Shown: positions 18,293-28,685 of the stretch, piece after piece
Layout of the letters: every line of letters begins with the position of its first letter
Position numbering within the stretch: the first letter of the stretch is position 1
DNA from: an uncultured Candidatus Saccharibacteria bacterium
Lineage (GTDB): Bacteria > Patescibacteriota > Minisyncoccia > Phycocordibacterales > UBA9973
Assembly: GCA_964432275.1 (NCBI GenBank)
Contig: CAYSMH010000001.1
Coordinates: forward strand, 11,191 to 75,190
Reading direction: 5' to 3'
DNA: 64,000 nucleotides
The notes under the pieces: model-generated
Database searches by the model: none
What the model was told of the DNA's origin: nothing
Seen by the model: only the letters and a program-made list of their open reading frames with translations
Program-made: the position numbers and the translations under genes

Positions 18293-19432
18293 CTACTGCT
18301 GGGTGAAGTACTGAACCCCCAATGATCCAAATATGGCTCCATTGAATGATTTGGTACTCTGTCCAGGAATAGCGGAAAATACTGATCCTACATTTGCCCA
18401 TGGTAAGTTGGAGATAGTACCTCCTGAGGTAGAGTTTTGTGTGGGAGTAATTTTTACATTACCTCCAGCTCCAGCGATGTTTAGAAATCCGGTTGGAATA
18501 AATACAGGATCCTGTGCGAGTATTTCTACTGCGATACCATTACCGCTATTGCGGAGTCCTGCTGGGGTGAAGTATGGAACAAACGTATATGTCTCACCAG
18601 GCGGAATGCGTTGATCCCGTGTTCCTGTAACATACGAAACATATACCGTGTTGGCACCTTCTCTCACTGTGTCTATGACCTGCGAACCTTTTACAAAGTC
18701 CACACGATTGTTCACATCAGATCCATTTACATACCATCCCAAATCATACACAGTCAAAGTGTCGTTGTTTCCTACGTCTGTAATAGTTATCACCATTGTA
18801 AACTGCGGGAAACTCATTGGGCTGGTGCCAGGATTTGTAATTTTTAACTCATACGCCTGCATAGGAACACTATCCTCGAGAAATACTCCGGTAATGTTGT
18901 GTCGAGTAAGTACAGGTACTGCTTCATAAGGCGAAAAATTAATTCGTTGTCCGACCGCCGTCAAAGAAGGTGAGCCGTCCATGAAATCAACAGTAACACT
19001 CATTTGAAGATATCCGTACGCAGAAGGATCTACATCACCGTACAGTACAACTTTGTACGTTGTATCTGTTTCGGAAACTGTCAGTGATCCTCCAGGGCCT
19101 GGTATGTTTTCACTCATAGGACCAGGTCGAACCTGAGAAAAATACTCAATAGATGAACCTTTCATTACATAGAATGAAAAATTCTTCAGCTTTGCAAAAT
19201 CAATATCGGTTTCAGTTCCAAAACTAAAACTCACTGGTTTACGTTGGCTGGTGTAAGTTATTTCAAATCGTCCAATACCTGTATTTGTTTGCCCTATCAG
19301 GGTTCCTGGATTGTACGACCCATCAACTCTCAATGAAACATCGGTTGGTGGTTGAATGGTAATAGGTTCCTGTTTTTCACAAGACCCAAAAAGCATAAGT
19401 GCAGAGGCACAATAAAATGCGATTTTTTTCAT
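18293..19432 (-). CDS. Bacteroidota-style lipoprotein, beta-rich
   Basis: MKKIAFYCASALMLFGS-C-EKQE type II signal peptide; TTGACT-17-TAATAT promoter; terminator at 18240-18272. Confidence 0.7.
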   Translation of the reverse strand: MKKIAFYCASALMLFGSCEKQEPITIQPPTDVSLRVDGSYNPGTLIGQTNTGIGRFEITYTSQRKPVSFSFGTETDIDFAKLKNFSFYVMKGSSIEYFSQVRPGPMSENIPGPGGSLTVSETDTTYKVVLYGDVDPSAYGYLQMSVTVDFMDGSPSLTAVGQRINFSPYEAVPVLTRHNITGVFLEDSVPMQAYELKITNPGTSPMSFPQFTMVITITDVGNNDTLTVYDLGWYVNGSDVNNRVDFVKGSQVIDTVREGANTVYVSYVTGTRDQRIPPGETYTFVPYFTPAGLRNSGNGIAVEILAQDPVFIPTGFLNIAGAGGNVKITPTQNSTSGGTISNLPWANVGSVFSAIPGQSTKSFNGAIFGSLGVQYFTQQ

Positions 19433-19535
19433 ATTGATTGTTTTATAGTTTTTGAAATGAGCTTATCCTCTGAACGGCAGAGGTACCCGGTTTGACTATA
19501 TATTAGCATATATTTAAGAAAAAGTCAATATCTTG

Positions 19536-19608
19536 TCCGCCCGCATGGACTTGAACCATGGACCACCGAGGTATAAGCTCGGCGCTCTACCAACTGAGCT
19601 ACAGGCGG
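19536..19608 (-). tRNA. tRNA-Ile(TAT)
   Basis: CCGCCTGTAGCTCAGTTGGTAGAGCG-CCGAG-CT-TAT-AC-CTCGG..GGTTCAAGTCC..CGGGCGG-A; CCA not encoded. Confidence 0.92.
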
Positions 19609-19689
19609 AGAACCAGTCAATTCTATACGCGACTGAGAAAAAAAGAAACCCTTGTACTACCCTTTCTATATATCTGGTACAATCCGTAT

Positions 19690-20166
19690 ATGATGAATGA
19701 ATTTGTAGCAAAAAAACTTGGAGAAGTATTGGCATTTACTAGCGTAGGTACCGACACGATAGAGCGTGGACGTGCTGCTCTCGTCGAGGCACTCGGTGCC
19801 GACAAGGTACAAGAGATGGAAGAAAAAAATCGCCTCCATGGCGAAACAGTGGTCAAGGTCGCGACAGAAGCAGGTGTCATCGATACGACACTCGCCAAAG
19901 CTGAAAAGACTGGGGACAAACTCAAAGCTATGCGCGACATGTATGTCGGCGATCAGTGGGACAATGCGACTGAGCTTCTCGAGTGGAGTGGGTTTTTCGA
20001 AGGAGCAGCGATCGTGCACTGGGGACTCGTCAAAGGTGTCGCAGAATCCCTCAACAACGAAGACCTCCTCCTCTTGTCCCAAGAAGCAATCACCTGGCAC
20101 TACGAACTCCTCGAGCTCGTAGAAACCGAACTTCAAGCGAAAGGTGCCGACAAAGCTACGGCGTAA
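19690..20166 (+). CDS. hypothetical helical (possibly ferritin-like) protein
   Basis: Start re-called 6 nt after TACAAT; helical with E/H residues (FFEGAAIVHW). Confidence 0.65.
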   Translation: MMNEFVAKKLGEVLAFTSVGTDTIERGRAALVEALGADKVQEMEEKNRLHGETVVKVATEAGVIDTTLAKAEKTGDKLKAMRDMYVGDQWDNATELLEWSGFFEGAAIVHWGLVKGVAESLNNEDLLLLSQEAITWHYELLELVETELQAKGADKATA

Positions 20167-21151
20167 ATGTTTTTGTCACCAGCATACTCTGATCAAATGA
20201 AGTAAGTGGTTGTGGGATAAATTGACGAGACAAGGTACTCACGTGTTCTATATGGGTGAGTAGTTTTGTTTCTGGGTCAATGGTAACTGTCGCAACCATA
20301 CCTCGCATCGTATGTGGCGAAAAGTACTGATCGAAAATAAAGTTGCCGAGACTATAGTAGATGAGCTTGCCGTTGTACTCCTCAAGTGCCTGCATCACAT
20401 GTGGATGATGCCCCACCACGATGTCGGCCCCTGCGTCGACAAGCGAACGCGCCATCGTTTTTTGTCGAGTACTCGCTGGAGAGTATTCGTTGCCCCAGTG
20501 CACCGACACAACTAGTATGTCGACTTGTTCTTGTGCACGAGCAACTATGTCTGTCATGTCGGGATCTGACGCAAGTAGTATGCCAGGCTTGGTATCAGTT
20601 GCAGCAAGCCAGTTAGGACCGACGTCGGTTGCTGCCAAGAACCCAACTTTGGTACCACGCACATCGATGACGGTAGGTGTGACTACGTCACCGTAGCGCT
20701 CTCCCGCTCCTGCGTAAAGAATGTTATTTGTCGTAAGTTGTGCAAGTGACTCGAGAAACCCCTCCATTGCATAATCCCCTACATGGTTGTTTGCAAATGA
20801 CACAATATCAAACCCGGCATCACGAAGAGCCTCAAGACTCACCGGGTTCATACGGAACGAAAACCGACTACCCACATTTCTCCCACCATATGCCACCGAT
20901 CCTTCAAAGTTCCCAAATGTAATATCAGACTCGCCAAGATACGACGTGTTGATAAACAGTGCGCCATACTCTCCCCCAAACATATTTTCAATGCTGCGCC
21001 TGACTCCTCGATCCATCATGATGTCTCCGACCAAGGTAATAGTGACCGGGTCAGGTTTTGGGGTAGGAAACATTGTTGTTGGTGCATCAGTACGAAGTAC
21101 CACAAGCGCCAACACGGCAACTACAACGATCGTGGAGATAACTTTTTTCAT
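20156..21151 (-). CDS. CapA family metallophosphatase-fold protein
   Basis: VGDIMMDRGV, ANNHVGDY, HWGNEY, GHHPHV, YSLGNFIFDQ. Confidence 0.93.
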   Translation of the reverse strand: MKKVISTIVVVAVLALVVLRTDAPTTMFPTPKPDPVTITLVGDIMMDRGVRRSIENMFGGEYGALFINTSYLGESDITFGNFEGSVAYGGRNVGSRFSFRMNPVSLEALRDAGFDIVSFANNHVGDYAMEGFLESLAQLTTNNILYAGAGERYGDVVTPTVIDVRGTKVGFLAATDVGPNWLAATDTKPGILLASDPDMTDIVARAQEQVDILVVSVHWGNEYSPASTRQKTMARSLVDAGADIVVGHHPHVMQALEEYNGKLIYYSLGNFIFDQYFSPHTMRGMVATVTIDPETKLLTHIEHVSTLSRQFIPQPLTSFDQSMLVTKTFTP

Positions 21152-21154
21152 AGA

Positions 21155-23023
21155 TTACTCTTCTTTCTTTTTCAGAGGAATGCCGTGTGCAGTGAGTATT
21201 GCTTCGTATTCAGGCTGTTCAAGTGTTTCTACCTCTATAAGTTTCTTTGCGATAAGGTCAAGTAGTGGGCGATGTTCCTCAAGAATTGTTGACGCTTTTG
21301 CTAACGCTTCATCAAGAATACGCTTAACTTCTTGTCCTATCATTCGTGCAGAATCATGATCGGGTCGATTGCGATCAAACTCTTCACCAAACACTCCTCG
21401 TCCACCCTCTACTTCTAGAGCAACTGGTCCGATCATATCACTCATTCCCCATCGAGTAACCATCGCACGGGCAAGACCTGTAGCAACTTGTAAATCGTTC
21501 GATGGTCCAGTAGTTGTATCCCCGTACACAAGTTTCTCTGCAGCATAGCCCCCCATAGACATTGCAATATCATCAAGAAACTCAGCTTTGGTTTGTAATT
21601 TACGATCCTCAAGTGGAATCTTCATGGTATAGCCACCTGCACGACCGCGTGCAACGATTGATATCTTGTGCACAGGGTCTGCATATGGAAGCACTGATGC
21701 AACAAGTGCATGTCCTGCTTCATGATATGCAGTGAGTTCTTTTTCTCGTTTGGTAAACAAATGACTTTTACGTTCTGGACCCATCAATACTTTTTCAATA
21801 GATCGTACGAGATCAAACTGAGAAATCTTTTTTCTATTTTCTCTCGCTGCAAGAATAGCTCCTTCGTTCATAAGAGAGAAAAGATCTGCACCAGAGAATC
21901 CAGGTGTTCTTTCTGCGATAATCTTGAGATTTACATCTTCCGCAAACGGTTTCTTGGTTGCGTGTACTTGAAGTATTTCTTCACGATCTCGACGGTCCGG
22001 TAAATCAAGAATAACGCGACGATCAAAACGGCCTGGGCGCAAAAGTGCCGGATCAAGCACATCGCTACGGTTTGTCGCAGCAATCATGATCACCTTGTCG
22101 TTGGGCTCAAAGCCATCCATTTCCACAAGTATCTGGTTGAGCGTCTGCTCACGTTCGTCGTTTCCTCCTCCATATCCTGAACCACGAATACGCCCTACTG
22201 CATCAATCTCATCAATAAAGATAATTGCTGGAGCTGCACGCTTTGCCATTTTGAACAGATCACGAACACGACTTGCTCCTACACCGACAAACATTTCTAC
22301 AAACTCAGATCCTGATAGATGGAAAAATGGTACATTTGCTTCCCCTGCTACTGCGCGTGCAAGCAATGTTTTACCAGTACCAGGACTTCCGGTGAGAAGT
22401 ACACCTTTGGGAATACGAGCACCTATATCAAGAAACTTTTTTGGGTTTTTCAGAAAATCAACTATTTCTTTGAGCTCTTCTTTAGCTTCACGAGCTCCTG
22501 CGACATCTTTGAAGGTAACCTTGTTATTCTTGTCATTGGGATCAGTGACACGTGCCTTGGACTGACCAAAACTAAATGCTTGCATCCCAGCACCTTTTGC
22601 TTGACGTGAAAGCATCCAAAAGAAAAAAACGATAAGTACTACTGGTAGTATGATCGGAAGTATCGAAAGGAAAAAGAATCCTGCTGATGACTGCGATGCA
22701 ATAGAAATATCTACTGCTGCAAACTTGGTCGCATCGACACCATAACTGATCAATGTTTCAGTCAATGCTGCATCGGGCTCTTTCTTGGATGTTAGTACAG
22801 TCTCATCAGTTTTAGTTATAGAAAGATCCCCTCCATCAATACTAATAGCTGTCACTTCTCCAGCGCTAACCATACGAGCGACCTCAGTAATACTGACCTC
22901 GGCAGGTTTGCCGGTACCGACACGGGTGACCGCTGAATACAATATGCTAATACCTACAAATATAAGTACTGTGGTAAATAAATATGATGACAACGGGCGC
23001 TTTGGTTTCTGTTTGGATGACAT
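21155..23023 (-). CDS. ftsH: ATP-dependent zinc metalloprotease FtsH
   Basis: Two TMs, [27 protein letters not shown]. Confidence 0.97.
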   Translation of the reverse strand: MSSKQKPKRPLSSYLFTTVLIFVGISILYSAVTRVGTGKPAEVSITEVARMVSAGEVTAISIDGGDLSITKTDETVLTSKKEPDAALTETLISYGVDATKFAAVDISIASQSSAGFFFLSILPIILPVVLIVFFFWMLSRQAKGAGMQAFSFGQSKARVTDPNDKNNKVTFKDVAGAREAKEELKEIVDFLKNPKKFLDIGARIPKGVLLTGSPGTGKTLLARAVAGEANVPFFHLSGSEFVEMFVGVGASRVRDLFKMAKRAAPAIIFIDEIDAVGRIRGSGYGGGNDEREQTLNQILVEMDGFEPNDKVIMIAATNRSDVLDPALLRPGRFDRRVILDLPDRRDREEILQVHATKKPFAEDVNLKIIAERTPGFSGADLFSLMNEGAILAARENRKKISQFDLVRSIEKVLMGPERKSHLFTKREKELTAYHEAGHALVASVLPYADPVHKISIVARGRAGGYTMKIPLEDRKLQTKAEFLDDIAMSMGGYAAEKLVYGDTTTGPSNDLQVATGLARAMVTRWGMSDMIGPVALEVEGGRGVFGEEFDRNRPDHDSARMIGQEVKRILDEALAKASTILEEHRPLLDLIAKKLIEVETLEQPEYEAILTAHGIPLKKKEE

Positions 23024-23029
23024 AGTCCC

Positions 23030-23068
23030 CACAGTATAGCAAAAACCACCCATAAAGGGTGGTTTTTG
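23030..23068 (-). promoter_or_regulatory. fused terminator + extended -10 module
   Basis: Minus strand aaaaaccaccc-ttta-tgggtggtttttgcTATACT; 22 nt identical to 63441-63462. Confidence 0.7.
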
Positions 23069-23080
23069 AATTTAGAGAAG

Positions 23081-25657
23081 TTATTTAACAAGCTTCTGAG
23101 CTTGATCAATCAGTCGAAGCGCTTCGGCTGAAGTTGAGGCACGAGATGCTTGCTGAAGAAGCTCAAGTGCTTCCAAGGAACTTATATCGCTAGACGTAGT
23201 CGTAGCAGCAGCTACCGTAGCACGTGCTGTTGTCGAGCCAGTGTACTCTCGAAGATATTGTCCGACAACCCATCCGTCTGGAGCTGTTGGGAAATCAAGT
23301 TTCCACCATGTATAGCCGTTGGCAGTGACTGGTCCACCAATGATTGTACCAATAGCGTTTCTTGATTGCTGTCCAAGAATGGTTCCTCCAATCCAGGTTG
23401 TTGGGTTGCTACGAACGTTTACTCGAGTACCAGTAATGATCATCATTGGCGCTGTAGGAGTAGTCACTGTAGGAGTAGTCACACTTACAGGAGTCGACTG
23501 CGCTGTTTCGTTACAGTCACATGGATAGATAGCTGACACTGCATATGTATAGGTAGTACCCGCAGCAAGTCCTGTGTCAGTGTAGGTAGTAGCTTGTCCG
23601 ACGATGTGACCAATGTTACCGCCATTTCTCCAAAGTTCATATCCGTACACAGTACCACTTGAATTCCATGAGAGAGCAACTGTTGTTGGAGATGTGGCAA
23701 CTGCAGTGAGTCCTGTCGGTACTGTTGGATCTGGAGGGGTTACTGTATTGTTGACAGTGATAGAACGAGTTGCGGTGCTTGTGTTGCCAGCTGCATCACG
23801 TGCGACTGCAGTCCAAGTATGTGGACCATTTGCAACACCTGTGGAGATAAAGGTTGCACCATATGGAGCAGTAGTATCAGTAGTATGCAGAATACCATCG
23901 AGACTAAACGCAACACTTGCAACTCCGACATTGTCAGATGCATCTGCAGTGATTGCGACTGTACCAACAACGGTTGCACCAGATGCAGGACTTGTGAATG
24001 TAACTGTTGGAGCTGTTGTATCTGCAGGAGGAGTCACAGTGTTGTTGACAGTAACTGTTACCGCTGAAGTGTTTGTGTTGCCAGCTGCATCACGTGCGAC
24101 TGCAGAAAGAGTGTAACTACCATTTGTAACCGTTGTAGTGTTCCATGTCATTGAGTATGGAGCAGTAGTATCTTCAGATCCTGCATTTGCACCATTGAGT
24201 TTAAACTGTACCCCAGCAACACCAGTGTTGTCAGATGCGTTCGCAGAAAGAGTGATAGTACCAGAGACAGTTGATCCACTAGTTGGAGCAGTCATAGTAA
24301 CAGAAGGAGCAGTAGTATCAGGAGTTGGTGTTCCACCTGTTTGTTCAAATGGACCAATATCAACAGCATTACCTTGCGGAACAGTGTTACCTGCAAAGTC
24401 AGAACTTTGTCCTACCGATGTTCCTGCATCAATCGCAATAGACCCAGTCACAGGACGATAATCCCAGTCAACAGCATTACCTGAGGTGTTTGCAAAAAGG
24501 GTTCCTGAAGTGGTCTTTTCGGTACTATCAAGTCCTGATGGCGCAATACTACCATTTGAGAGTTTATATATGTTGTTAGTGTGTGTAATTCCTGTCCAAG
24601 AGTTTGCAACATCAATACCTGTTGAGAGGTTGAAAATGTTGTTTTTGAGGATAAGTGTTCCTGGTTGCATCGTTGCAGCACTCCAGATCAAGCGACTTTC
24701 TCCAAGTCTACCTTGCACATTTTCAACAATGACGTTGTTGTAGAACTGAATGTTTGAAATACTCGTACTAAACGCTCCACTGTTTTGCATCGCAACGATA
24801 CTTTCGTTGTTGATGAGTTTGTTGTACGCCATGATGTTGTTACTTGCACCACCACTTCCACTACTACCAATCTCCATCAATCCATTGTTATCACTCATTG
24901 TGTTGTACGCAATGATGTTGTTGTTGACACCAGAACCAAAGAGTTCTACTGCACCACCATCGTATCCGAAGTCATAACTTGTTGCCCAGTTGTCATGGAA
25001 GTTGTTGTAAATGATTTTGTTGTTTGCAGATGAAATCACCACAGGGTTTGCACCGTAGTCATCATAACCACCGTCATTGTCATCAACAACCATTCGAGTG
25101 TTACCGATATCACATCGCTCAATAGTGTTGTTTGGACCTTCCATATATACACCAACACCTACAAGAGACATGGCACAGTTTTTGATTACGATATTATTTG
25201 CAGAGCCATAGATCACATATGCACGACGAATCTTTGCATCCTGTGATCGATCAGTAGGACTAAGTGTCGGATCAGTAATAGTAATACCATCAAAGGTAAT
25301 ATATGAGCGCCCACTTGGGATGGTCACGAGTGCTTCAATAGTACTACCTGTACCGATAAATGCAGGTGCTGCTCCAGTACCGTATGTATTGAAGGTGATA
25401 GGGTTTCCTGCGGTACCTGATCGGTTAATCGTAATCGTACCACTATAGGTAGTACCACGTTTGAAGCTGACAATATCTCCTGGCTGAAGGGTTGCGCTTC
25501 CTACTTGAGAAAGTGTTTTCCATGGAGTTGCAAGAGATCCATTTGCAGTAGTTGCGGTAGAGGTTGAGTCTACGTAATACTGAGCTGCATGTGCTGCATT
25601 GGTAAGACCAAAGAGGACAGCAAGTGAAAGAACTGTTAATCGAATGAAATATTTCAT
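23081..25657 (-). CDS. secreted surface protein: beta-helix, two Ig-like domains, FN3, SH3-like
   Basis: Signal peptide, YYVDS..NGSLATPWKT, Asn-ladder repeats, two DTTAP..AVARDAAGNT units, PTGLTAVA, VNVRS..GWV. Confidence 0.85.
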   Translation of the reverse strand: MKYFIRLTVLSLAVLFGLTNAAHAAQYYVDSTSTATTANGSLATPWKTLSQVGSATLQPGDIVSFKRGTTYSGTITINRSGTAGNPITFNTYGTGAAPAFIGTGSTIEALVTIPSGRSYITFDGITITDPTLSPTDRSQDAKIRRAYVIYGSANNIVIKNCAMSLVGVGVYMEGPNNTIERCDIGNTRMVVDDNDGGYDDYGANPVVISSANNKIIYNNFHDNWATSYDFGYDGGAVELFGSGVNNNIIAYNTMSDNNGLMEIGSSGSGGASNNIMAYNKLINNESIVAMQNSGAFSTSISNIQFYNNVIVENVQGRLGESRLIWSAATMQPGTLILKNNIFNLSTGIDVANSWTGITHTNNIYKLSNGSIAPSGLDSTEKTTSGTLFANTSGNAVDWDYRPVTGSIAIDAGTSVGQSSDFAGNTVPQGNAVDIGPFEQTGGTPTPDTTAPSVTMTAPTSGSTVSGTITLSANASDNTGVAGVQFKLNGANAGSEDTTAPYSMTWNTTTVTNGSYTLSAVARDAAGNTNTSAVTVTVNNTVTPPADTTAPTVTFTSPASGATVVGTVAITADASDNVGVASVAFSLDGILHTTDTTAPYGATFISTGVANGPHTWTAVARDAAGNTSTATRSITVNNTVTPPDPTVPTGLTAVATSPTTVALSWNSSGTVYGYELWRNGGNIGHIVGQATTYTDTGLAAGTTYTYAVSAIYPCDCNETAQSTPVSVTTPTVTTPTAPMMIITGTRVNVRSNPTTWIGGTILGQQSRNAIGTIIGGPVTANGYTWWKLDFPTAPDGWVVGQYLREYTGSTTARATVAAATTTSSDISSLEALELLQQASRASTSAEALRLIDQAQKLVK

Positions 25658-25771
25658 AATGGTAAACTAAACTATTGTTTTATACGGTACCTACTAATAA
25701 CTCTATAATGATACCAAGCATACATAGACCACACAACCACTAATCCCCACCTCCGTGATACTATCTACTCT

Positions 25772-26206
25772 ATGGAATATCTCCGAAACAAAAAAGCTAC
25801 CTTTGATTACCATCTCGATGATACTATCGAGGCTGGTATCGCCCTGCTCGGTACTGAGGTAAAGAGTGTCAAAGCTCATCATGGATCACTCTCAGGTGCA
25901 TACATATCCATAGTAGATAACACACTAGTCCTCCTCGGTGCACATATACCTGCCTGGCAAGAAAAAAACGTTCCTGCAACGTTTGACCCCTACCGAACCC
26001 GTACGCTACTAGTACATAAAAAGGAGCTTGCAGAACTTGCAAAACAACTCAAAACGAAAGGTTTGACTATCATACCCGTCTCCCTGTATGGTAAGGGCAC
26101 GGGTATCAAGATACAGATTGCCATTGCCCGAGGAAAGAAGACCTTTGATAAACGAGAGACTATCAAGAAACGAGACCTCGATCGAGAGATCCGTCGTGGA
26201 GAATAG
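25772..26206 (+). CDS. smpB: SsrA-binding protein
   Basis: NKKATFDY, EAGIALLGTEVKSVK, ARGKKTFDKRETIKKRD. Confidence 0.97.
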   Translation: MEYLRNKKATFDYHLDDTIEAGIALLGTEVKSVKAHHGSLSGAYISIVDNTLVLLGAHIPAWQEKNVPATFDPYRTRTLLVHKKELAELAKQLKTKGLTIIPVSLYGKGTGIKIQIAIARGKKTFDKRETIKKRDLDREIRRGE

Positions 26207-26217
26207 TCACTATATAT

Positions 26218-26609
26218 GGGGATGCTTGGTTTCGACATCATACATGTCGATCTACTCATGCATGCCGAGCATGGACGTACTCTCGTAAACCGTCGTCCAT
26301 ACACGATATCTGGCAACAGCATCGCTAAGATCAAGTCACCATTTGCTCCGGCATTTGGCTTGGTTCCTCAGTTCGCCTAACTTAGGTCAACGAGGTGTCA
26401 CTTTGGTAGACTTCCGATATACCATATGTGGCAACATTCATCGGGATAGGTCGTGCGCCTCGCTTCGAGCGCTCACCAAACCATAGAAGCTCGGGAAAGA
26501 TGCCGTTTTGTGCAATCTTGAGGTACTTTCCTAACGACGAGACTGCACTACGCATGGAGAAATGATAGATCAGGTACGATGCACGGGGGTTCGATTCCCC
26601 CCATCTCCA
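26218..26609 (+). ncRNA. ssrA: tmRNA
   Basis: 5' GGGGATG..GGTTTCGAC and 3' GGGGTTCGATTCCCC-CATCTCC-A; tag frame 26312-26380; directly after smpB. Confidence 0.93.
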
Positions 26610-26687
26610 CACTTGATTTATTTGTATAATATGTAATAATAATCAGAAATCATCTTTTTACATTCACATCAAACCCCTTTTACTGTT

Positions 26688-27050
26688 ATGAGTAGTATTT
26701 CAACTATCATCAATCGGGCGTCGGAACAAACAACCTCCGCAAGTCCTTTTTCTTTCCTACGTAAAAAAAAACCTGTAAACCTTGATCCGACATTTCCTGA
26801 TTCTCGCAAAAACTACACCTATGAGATAGGTAAAGAAATTTCTCTACACATGAAAGCAAACGGTATTACATTTGCGACAATAACCACCAAATCACAAACA
26901 GGTGTAACAAAAAAACCTATTGTTCATTTACGAAGTCTTAAAAGAAATCATCCTGAGTTACTAAGACACGTAACACCTCAACACCCGGATCTTTCCCAAC
27001 ACCTTTACGATGGACACTATATCGTAAACCCATCATCTTTAACTACATAA
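26688..27050 (+). CDS. AT-rich orphan protein
   Basis: 120-aa ORF; promoter-like TTGATT..TAATAAT right after the tmRNA; terminator cccctgaa..ttcagggg-T run. Confidence 0.55.
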   Translation: MSSISTIINRASEQTTSASPFSFLRKKKPVNLDPTFPDSRKNYTYEIGKEISLHMKANGITFATITTKSQTGVTKKPIVHLRSLKRNHPELLRHVTPQHPDLSQHLYDGHYIVNPSSLTT

Positions 27051-27106
27051 TACTAAGCTATGCAGTTAAAAACCCTAGGACCCCTGAAGAACATTCAGGG
27101 GGTTTT

Positions 27107-27883
27107 TTATTTCCCATTTCCTACTGAGTAGGATCCTATCGCGGTGCGGATAATGCGGTATGCCATAGCTGGTACCCCAAGCTGCTCTCCCATCCACGCA
27201 GCCAGTGAACGCATATAGGTACCAGATGATGCAGTAATAGTAAGTTGGATAACTGGAAGTGCGATATTTGAATACTTACTCGCAATCTCTACCCATCGAC
27301 CAATGATCTCTTGCTGACGGAAATCTCCGACCACTTTTTCGATATCTCGTATTGCATCAGTGGCAAGGTCTTTTACTTCCCTATTTTTAATACTTTTTAA
27401 CATTACTTGTTTTATATGCACGTTCTTTATGGGTATGTCCACCTCTCTTCCTGCACGAGCATGGACAAATAGCGCTTGCCCTTTCACAGGCACCGACGAA
27501 TACATAGGGTACGGGAGCTGGGTGATAGTGTGCATTTTTTGCACTATTTCTTTGATTTCTGACTCTGAAATGTCTTTTGATACCGGATCAGTGACTATAC
27601 CAAGCGGGTCGTGAGTATCGGATCCTATACCTAGCAGTACATCTACTGTGTATGTCTTTTCGAGTCCTAAAAGTTTATCTTTTTGAAATCGATCTTCACC
27701 AGCAAGTACTAGTACCACCCCTTCAGCCATAGGGTCCAACCGTCCTGCATAGGTGAGTTTGGTATCTGGAGCTAGATTGCGCTCTATACGAAAACGCTCG
27801 AGAAGCACAGCAAGCGTCTCTCCTCGTTCTTTATATAGAGGGTATGTACCTCTAAAACCATTTGATACTAATTGACTTTTCAT
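27107..27883 (-). CDS. truB: TruB-family tRNA pseudouridine synthase
   Basis: YAGRLDPMAEGV, PMYSSV, SSGTYMRSLA. Confidence 0.85.
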   Translation of the reverse strand: MKSQLVSNGFRGTYPLYKERGETLAVLLERFRIERNLAPDTKLTYAGRLDPMAEGVVLVLAGEDRFQKDKLLGLEKTYTVDVLLGIGSDTHDPLGIVTDPVSKDISESEIKEIVQKMHTITQLPYPMYSSVPVKGQALFVHARAGREVDIPIKNVHIKQVMLKSIKNREVKDLATDAIRDIEKVVGDFRQQEIIGRWVEIASKYSNIALPVIQLTITASSGTYMRSLAAWMGEQLGVPAMAYRIIRTAIGSYSVGNGK

Positions 27884-27921
27884 ACAAAAATGAGTATTAT
27901 GAAGACTCTAGCACAAGATCT

Positions 27922-28470
27922 ATTTTGAAGGAACGACTCAACAACCAGATACGCGCGACAGAAGTTCGCGTCATTGATGCCGAAGGGGTAAACCTCGGGA
28001 TTTTCCCATTAATAGAGGCCCTCACTATGGCTCACGATCAGGGAGTGGACCTTATTGAGATCAATCCAGATGCCAAACCACCTATCTGCAAGGTTATGGA
28101 GTATGGCAAATACCAGTACGAACTCAAGAAAAAGGCTCAAAAAGCAAAAAGTGGTGCAAAAACCACTGAAACAAAGAGTATCCAGATCAAAGTAGGTACT
28201 GGAGACCATGACCTAGAACTCAAAGCTCGCCAAGCGTCTGGGTGGCTCAAAGAAGGACACCGTATCAAGGTAGAGCTCTACCTCAGAGGGCGCTCAAAGG
28301 GTATGGATGAAGCCTTCCTAAGAGAAAGACTTGACCGGGTCTTGCATTTTGTGACAGAACACTATAAGATAGCTGAACCGCACAAGCGCTCTCCTAAGGG
28401 GCTTGCTGTCGTCATAGAGCGAGACAAGGGGTCAAAAGAGAAACCCGTCTCACCAGAACCGACACAATAA
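27922..28470 (+). CDS. infC: translation initiation factor IF-3 (probable ATT start)
   Basis: RLNNQIRATEVRVID, DLIEI..PPICKVMEYGKYQYE; no in-frame ATG near the expected start. Confidence 0.93.
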   Translation: MLKERLNNQIRATEVRVIDAEGVNLGIFPLIEALTMAHDQGVDLIEINPDAKPPICKVMEYGKYQYELKKKAQKAKSGAKTTETKSIQIKVGTGDHDLELKARQASGWLKEGHRIKVELYLRGRSKGMDEAFLRERLDRVLHFVTEHYKIAEPHKRSPKGLAVVIERDKGSKEKPVSPEPTQ

Positions 28471-28471
28471 T

Positions 28472-28675
28472 ATGAGCAGTAAAACCAACAAATCATTTGC
28501 CAAGCGACTCAAGGTTACATCAACCGGCAAGATTCTTGCGCGTAAACCTGGATTTAACCACTTCAACGCAAAACAGTCTCGCACAAAGCAACTCGCAGGC
28601 AAGAAACCTGTAGCATTTCACATGACCAACAAGGCTGTGAGTCGTTTCATTTCTACAGGAACATTTCAAAAATAA
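28472..28675 (+). CDS. rpmI: 50S ribosomal protein L35
   Basis: KTNKSFAKRLKVTSTGK; position between infC and rplT. Confidence 0.92.
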   Translation: MSSKTNKSFAKRLKVTSTGKILARKPGFNHFNAKQSRTKQLAGKKPVAFHMTNKAVSRFISTGTFQK

Positions 28676-28685
28676 CTAACTATTT

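Noticed and set aside
23781-24107. ~30-bp direct repeat gtgttgccagctgcatcacgtgcgactgcag as a DGR template/variable pair
   Set aside because: It encodes the same motif in two tandem Ig-like domains. There are no adenine-specific mismatches and no reverse transcriptase.
26382-26612. 76-aa minus-strand ORF, and the extension 19558-19689
   Set aside because: These are antisense shadows of the tmRNA and tRNA-Ile.
18240-27107. Integrative elements at tRNA-Ile or tmRNA
   Set aside because: No integrase and no duplicated 3' end (att) were found; only single orphan genes follow.
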